A DNA stretch of 64,000 nt. Origin: Rebecca billardiae RCC1528 (lineage: Eukaryota > Protista > Haptophyta). The DNA lies in assembly GCA_965240325.2 (NCBI GenBank), contig OZ251223.1, positions 3,782,001 through 3,846,000 of the forward strand. The letters are read 5' to 3'. The translations under genes were made by a program, and so were the position numbers. The notes below the pieces were generated by a model. It saw only the letters and a program-made list of their open reading frames with translations. It did no database searches and had not been told where the DNA came from. Of the stretch, positions 58,987-64,000 are shown piece after piece; within the stretch, counting starts at the first letter, position 1, and each line of letters begins with the position of its first letter.

Positions 58987-60130
58987 ATGGCAGACGTGAG
59001 CGCCACGCCGCACACGCGGGAAGCGCTGCACGCGCCGCCTATGAAGCGCGCGGCCACCCGGACGCCGCGTGTTGGGATCAGCAACATCATTGCGGTGTGG
59101 CTTTGGCTGGGGTGGGTGGCCAACTACCTCTTCATCTTCGTGGGACTCGGCGTTTCTCACGCGCTCGGCTGGCGCGTGTGCCGCTCCGTGCTGCTGGGCT
59201 TCCTGGGCGTGCTGTTCCTCCTCCCGGCGAACGCGGGCGTCTCCTTCTTGGCGCCGACGTTTGGCGCATGGATCATGAAGCGTGCTTCTGAGTACTTCGG
59301 CATGCAGCTCGTCTTCGAGGAGAAGGCGGCCATCCGTGACGCGCAGTCGCCAATGATCTTCGCGATCGAGCCGCATGACGTGCTTCCGGTCTCGATGGGC
59401 AGCTTCCACCCCAGCCTGGACTTGGTGCCTGGGCACACGTGTGCTGGGCTGACCACGTCGGCTGTCTTCTCGGTCCCGGGCTTGCGCAACATCTACTCCA
59501 TCCTGCACGCGCACCCCGTGGATCGCAGCACGTTCAGCTCGCTGCTTTCAGCGGGCAAGTCGGTCTGCTTCTGCCCGGGCGGTGTGCAGGAGGTGTTCCA
59601 CCTCGCACACGAGAAGGAGGTGGTGCTCTTCCTCAAGTCGCGGCTCGGGTTTGCGCAGATCGCGCTGCAGCACCGCACACCGGTGCGTGCGTCGCCGCGC
59701 GCCGGACATACCCGGCGCCCGCGCGTGCCTTCGTGGACCACTCACGACGTGTCGCGCGCGCCCGCCGCGCGCTCGCGCCGTTCGATTGCAGGCGGTACCT
59801 TGCTTCACCTTTGGGCTGGGAGGGACATACTCGCACCGTTTCGCCCGCGGCAAACTCGCCGAGCAAGTGGCACGCATGATCGGATTCCTGCCCGGTGTGT
59901 TCTGGGGCCTCTTCGGCGTGCCATACGGGCCTCCGAGGCCGAGGGCGCTCACTACAGTGATCGGCAAGCCCGTCGAGCTTCCGCCGCTCTCTGACCAGGA
60001 CGACGGCGCGCTGCCATCACGCACAGAAGTCGCTGCGTACCACGCCCGATTTGTGGAGGCCATGCAGCAGCTCTACCATGAGCACAAGGCGGCGTACGGG
60101 ATGGCAGACATCAGCCTTCGCATCATCTAG
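58987..60130 (+). CDS. DGAT2: Diacylglycerol acyltransferase type 2. Exons 58987-59682, 59792-60130.
   Basis: YF motif, EPHDVLP, PGGVQEV, RLGFAQIAL..P-AVPCFTFG, VIGKP. GTGCGT..TTGCAG intron. Confidence 0.92.
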
Positions 60131-61179
60131 TCGTGTGCCCCACTGGGCGGTGTCTCGCTTTGTGTACGGCGGTACGCGACTGTCGCGAGGCGAAGGAACG
60201 GGTCGCGCCTCGCGGTGCAGTGCGCCATGAGACGTGCCAGCATATTCTGCTACTACTTACTAGTATGATAGGAGCAGCAGTACAGTAGTGGACCCATGCA
60301 TGCTGAGTATAGCTAATGCGTCGTTTGTGCCAGGCGAGCTTCAGCTCCGATGAGTTACTCTCAGAAGTGTGACTAAGATCGTCTGACTCACACTACTTTT
60401 ACTAAATGTCTATATGTGGTGTTATTGGTACAATAACTGAGTGTGTACGAGCTGCGTGACGGCGGGGCTCGCCGTGTGGCCTCTCACTCTGTTGCACCCA
60501 GCTCGCAGAATTCGTCATGAACCTTCTACGGGTACACGGCTGGCTGCTGCATCACCTGGAGTGAGATGGCTTCTCGGGCGCTTCCGAGCCATTCCACTTC
60601 TTCGCAAGGCGAGCTGCTCTAAGGCGGCTCTTGTCGCCCCCCTCGGAGCCCCAAAGGGCATTCGGCGGGTATCATCGGCGCGCACCTCGCTCCTCGATCG
60701 CGCGAGGTAGGACTCGGCAGCGCACAACAGCTGCGCGCCAGACACCTCTCGCCTCGACCTCCAGCAGAGGATGCCCAACTCGTCTCAGCAAGCCGCTCGG
60801 CTGCGCACCTACCGCCGCACGCCCGAGCCGCGCATTGCCACGACCAGCAGCTGCTTTGTTTGGCCCGCCCTTCCCGCCCATGTCTGTCTGTCTGTCTGGC
60901 TTGCCGGTCCTGCCAGCCAGAGGCCTGTTCATCAGTGGGCGCGCGGACAGCGCCATGCGGGTCCAGACCACAGTGAGTGCCTCAACGAGGATCACCGAGC
61001 CGGCCACTCCCACTGCGGACACGCGCCACTCGTCTGATCAACGATCCCATTATGATACATACATTGACCACGACCAGCAGCTCACACTGCTCGTGGTGCT
61101 GCTCGGTACCACGTGGGCACAGCCTCATCAATCATCATCGGCGGGGCCCTGGCGTCGAGCTGCGTGTACACTGCCATAT

Positions 61180-61280
61180 AGAGAGAGAGAGAGACTACTA
61201 CGCGGAGCTCTATATTGATAGAGAGAGCCAGCATCGAGCGCAGCTAGAGAGAGCGCGCGCGCGCGCGCGCGCGCGCGCGC
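61180..61280. repeat. (GA)n and (GC)n dinucleotide tracts
   Basis: (GC) x ~14 at about 61253-61280. Confidence 0.9.
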
Positions 61281-61286
61281 ACATCC

Positions 61287-62255
61287 TCAAAAAAATCGCG
61301 CTCGTTGGGCGGGTTTGCGGCCGTGCGATGAACTGCCGCCACTCGCATTTCGACGCACTCCACGCTCGACGCTCACGTGTGCATCAGCGTGCGCCTGCAG
61401 TGGGCCGTACAGCTCGGATCGCATTTCCATCCGGGCCTTGTACTCTCCCGTGATCGATTTGAGCAGCTTGGCCACCTGGCTGTACACGAATGGTGCGATC
61501 ACTGTCAGGATGAGGTCGACCAACCATGTGGGGATCTTGAGCTGCTTCACATCGATGGCGACCACGAACGCGCACTCGCACCGGTCGGCAACGGCGGCTT
61601 CACCAGCAGCGCTAGCGCGTCCTGAGTCGCGTGCTCCAGCGCCCGCAGAGGACATGGGCGTGATAGTGAAGCCAGACGCGCCGAACAGCAGGTGCTCGAA
61701 TTTGGACAGCTCGCGGGGCATGGCTGCAAGCGACTCTGGGGTCGAGGCAAATCCGCAGTACCACAGCCCATGGGTGTCGAGCAGGTCAACTCCCTCGGCG
61801 TCGAACATGCAGCTGCGGTTGGCGAATGGTGGGGGCAAGTACAGCTCGCCGCCACCCCGAAGGGACATGAGCGAAGGTTCGGTGACGATGATGGCCTGTG
61901 GGACGTACTTGTTCCAGCGCGGCACAAGGTCCCATTCGCGAAGAATGGCGAGCAATGCTGTCGGTTGCGAGTCGAACGTGGCCAGCGCCTTGAAGTGGTG
62001 CACGCTGCCTTCGCAGTAGTACCACAGCTGCATGCCTCCCTCTGACCCCTTGGGCTTGCCCCACTTCGCGCTCGCGAATCGCGCGAGCCCGGCCTCGGCA
62101 TCAGCCATCTGCTGCTTGAGGTCGCCCATGCGAGCCGGCGTGAGCGTCTTGGCGAGTCGTGGCTCAGTGAGCACATCCGCGACACGACCGCGCTTGATCA
62201 TCTCCTCGGCATGGCCTGCCTCGGCCTTGTTCGGCCGCTGCGTCGCGCGTAGCAT
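61287..62255 (-). CDS. START/SRPBCC-like lipid-binding domain protein
   Basis: LLAILREWDLVPRWN, LPPPFANR and a C-terminal IPTWLVD helix follow the START-fold pattern. Confidence 0.7.
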   Translation of the reverse strand: MLRATQRPNKAEAGHAEEMIKRGRVADVLTEPRLAKTLTPARMGDLKQQMADAEAGLARFASAKWGKPKGSEGGMQLWYYCEGSVHHFKALATFDSQPTALLAILREWDLVPRWNKYVPQAIIVTEPSLMSLRGGGELYLPPPFANRSCMFDAEGVDLLDTHGLWYCGFASTPESLAAMPRELSKFEHLLFGASGFTITPMSSAGAGARDSGRASAAGEAAVADRCECAFVVAIDVKQLKIPTWLVDLILTVIAPFVYSQVAKLLKSITGEYKARMEMRSELYGPLQAHADAHVSVERGVRRNASGGSSSHGRKPAQRARFF

Positions 62256-62442
62256 CGTCACGGGGCCATGTACTCCCGCGGGGCCTCGACGACGCCGCGC
62301 CCTGCCGCGCTCCGGCGGCGCTGCATTTTTGCATGAGAGTTCCGCGATGATTTTTCAGTTTTCACGCGCAGTCCGGCTTGCTCAGGCGGAAGTCAGAGCA
62401 GCCGCTCTGCACAGGCTTGGGCAGGTCCACCGTTGCGAACTC

Positions 62443-63288
62443 ATGGTCCGCTCGCCCGCGCGGTCTTTGCTCCCGCTCGTACTACTGGCGTTGTCGCGCG
62501 TCACGCCTGGCATGGCGCTGAAGCGCGCGTTTGGCATGGCGCTCGCCGTGAGTGACGACGACGGTGCTCGCACGTCCAAGCGCGCGAGCTCCGCTTCGAC
62601 TCTCCTGCGCAGTGTCCCGGTGCCCAGCGGCTGGCACGTCATCGGCGGATCGCTGCTCGTCCGCGATCACCACGGCGCTGACGCTCACACACGTGATGGC
62701 ATGGCCGTCGCGGCGTTTGACTTTGATGGCTGCCTCGTGCCCTCGCCATTTGGTGGTGCCGGGAAGCGCGATGACTTCGCGAATGTGCCCAGCGTCCTGC
62801 GCCAGCTGCACGCCGACGGGTACCGACTTGCTGTCGTGACCAACGAAAGCATGGACCGGTTCCAGAAAGCTGAAGCCATAGCCAAGTGCATGCAGAAGAA
62901 GTGCGAGCGCCTCGACACGTTCGTGCAAGAGGTGGACGTTCCGATGCTCCTTCTGTGCGCCACAGCCAAGGATGAGTACCGCAAGCCCAGCACGAAGGCA
63001 TGGGGCGCGCTTGCGAGCCACGACGGCGCCGAGCCCGACATGAAGTGCAGCTTCTTCGTCGGGGACGCCGCTGGGCGGAAGGCTGCCACGGGGCGCAAGC
63101 GGGACTTCTCCGATTCAGATCTCAGGTTTGCAGAGGCGCTCGGCCTCACTTTCTTCACAGAGACGGACTTTTTCAAGGATGGCAAGCGGCCCTCGAGATC
63201 GCCGCCGCAGGCGCCGCCGCCGAAAACGAGTCACATCCCCGGGCAGGCTGAGGCGCCTCCATCTGTCGATCTGACTGGTGACGACTGA
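62443..63288 (+). CDS. DNA 3'-phosphatase (PNKP phosphatase domain, HAD family), no kinase domain
   Basis: AAFDFDGCL, VTNE, YRKP, FFVGDAAGR, DFSDSD. Start at 62443 or 62512. Confidence 0.88.
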   Translation: MVRSPARSLLPLVLLALSRVTPGMALKRAFGMALAVSDDDGARTSKRASSASTLLRSVPVPSGWHVIGGSLLVRDHHGADAHTRDGMAVAAFDFDGCLVPSPFGGAGKRDDFANVPSVLRQLHADGYRLAVVTNESMDRFQKAEAIAKCMQKKCERLDTFVQEVDVPMLLLCATAKDEYRKPSTKAWGALASHDGAEPDMKCSFFVGDAAGRKAATGRKRDFSDSDLRFAEALGLTFFTETDFFKDGKRPSRSPPQAPPPKTSHIPGQAEAPPSVDLTGDD

Positions 63289-63419
63289 GTCTGTCAGCAT
63301 GAGTTTCCTGACGCCGGCCTGCTGTCGTTGTCTGACCCGAGCCCGGCGACTGACGAGCACTACTACATATACTGCTACTGTCGTAGCAGTAGTGTCTATC
63401 ACTGTCTAAGACTCAGCGC

Positions 63420-63421
<2 letters not shown>

Positions 63422-63478
<57 letters not shown>
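63422..63478. repeat. (TA)n microsatellite
   Basis: Direct observation. Confidence 0.98.
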
Positions 63479-63482
<4 letters not shown>

Positions 63483-63774
63483 CTACACTAACACTGACTG
63501 CAGACGACCGCAGTGCAGAGTGCTGTCGCGTGTCTGTCGTGAAGTCGTGAATTAACACTGCTACTACGACATGTAATACTACATGATGACGCGGTCACGC
63601 GCATCACGGGCATCGGCCCGAGTGAGGGCCGAGTGACGCCGCCGGTGTCACGGCCTCACGGTACGGTGCGGCCGAACTACTTATACTACCGAACGCGCGT
63701 CATCCTCTGCTAGCTTTATTAAAGTTATATACAGTATAGCAACACTGCTGATGAGTCGACAACGAGTGCTGTCA

Positions 63775-64000
63775 TCATACGAAGGCCTGCTTGATGCCGC
63801 CGCGACCGCCAGCACGCCCGCGGCCAGGGTCCTGCTGATGACTCCGGTCGCTGCCGGAGCCTGCAACACCATTGCTGCCGTCGCCCCCGCCGGCGGCGGC
63901 GGCAGAGATGGCCGAGCCGAGCGTGCCGCGCTCGGCCAGCAGCGAGGCCGCCTTCTGCGTCACCAGCTCGGGCATGTCACTCTGCGCGAGCGCTTGCAGG
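63775..64000 (-). CDS. Probable 3' end of a gene extending beyond the window (unknown product)
   Basis: GC-rich frame open to the window edge, followed by an AT-rich 3' region. Confidence 0.45.
   Translation of the reverse strand, partial: LQALAQSDMPELVTQKAASLLAERGTLGSAISAAAAGGGDGSNGVAGSGSDRSHQQDPGRGRAGGRGGIKQAFV

Noticed and set aside
60131-61286. Short ORFs between DGAT2 and the START gene (also those at 25.1-26.5, 33.3-36.0 and 49.7-50.3 kb)
   Set aside because: No recognisable motifs or coding-like codon bias; expected by chance at this GC content.

Overview
This is GC-rich eukaryotic nuclear DNA with short GC-rich spliceosomal introns and (TA)n spacers. Several genes carry signal-peptide-plus-plastid presequences, which points to an alga with a complex plastid; a haptophyte such as Pavlovales is my guess, not proven. 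The first 24.7 kb is one giant gene (over 8,170 aa, 5' end probably outside the window), joined across two introns and a 23-nt microexon. It encodes RxL-flanked poly-Asp peptides, about 6,300 aa of Ser-Pro(3-7) extensin-like arrays built mostly on a 38-aa/114-bp unit, several small extracellular domains, a GAIN/GPS autoproteolysis site and a polycystin-1-like 5-TM anchor. The rest holds about 18 compact genes, mostly in head-to-head pairs: SDR, F-box/actin fusion, BCS1-like AAA ATPase with SAM repeats, dihydrolipoamide dehydrogenase, At4g15545-like, Cys-rich protein, APC8/CDC23, Kelch-less PPKL phosphatase, bZIP, plastid TPR protein, PDZ-less CtpA, alpha/beta hydrolase, divergent Rab, presenilin, DGAT2, START protein and DNA 3'-phosphatase. 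There are also two copies of an unclassified element with shared ends and different interiors. The best hidden signal is on the minus strand at about 54.1-55.4 kb: an in-frame TGA read through into a spliced Cys-rich exon, with a canonical type-II SECIS 66 nt after the real stop. This makes it a candidate new selenoprotein with an MBD-like domain. All family assignments come from remembered motifs; no database searches were run.
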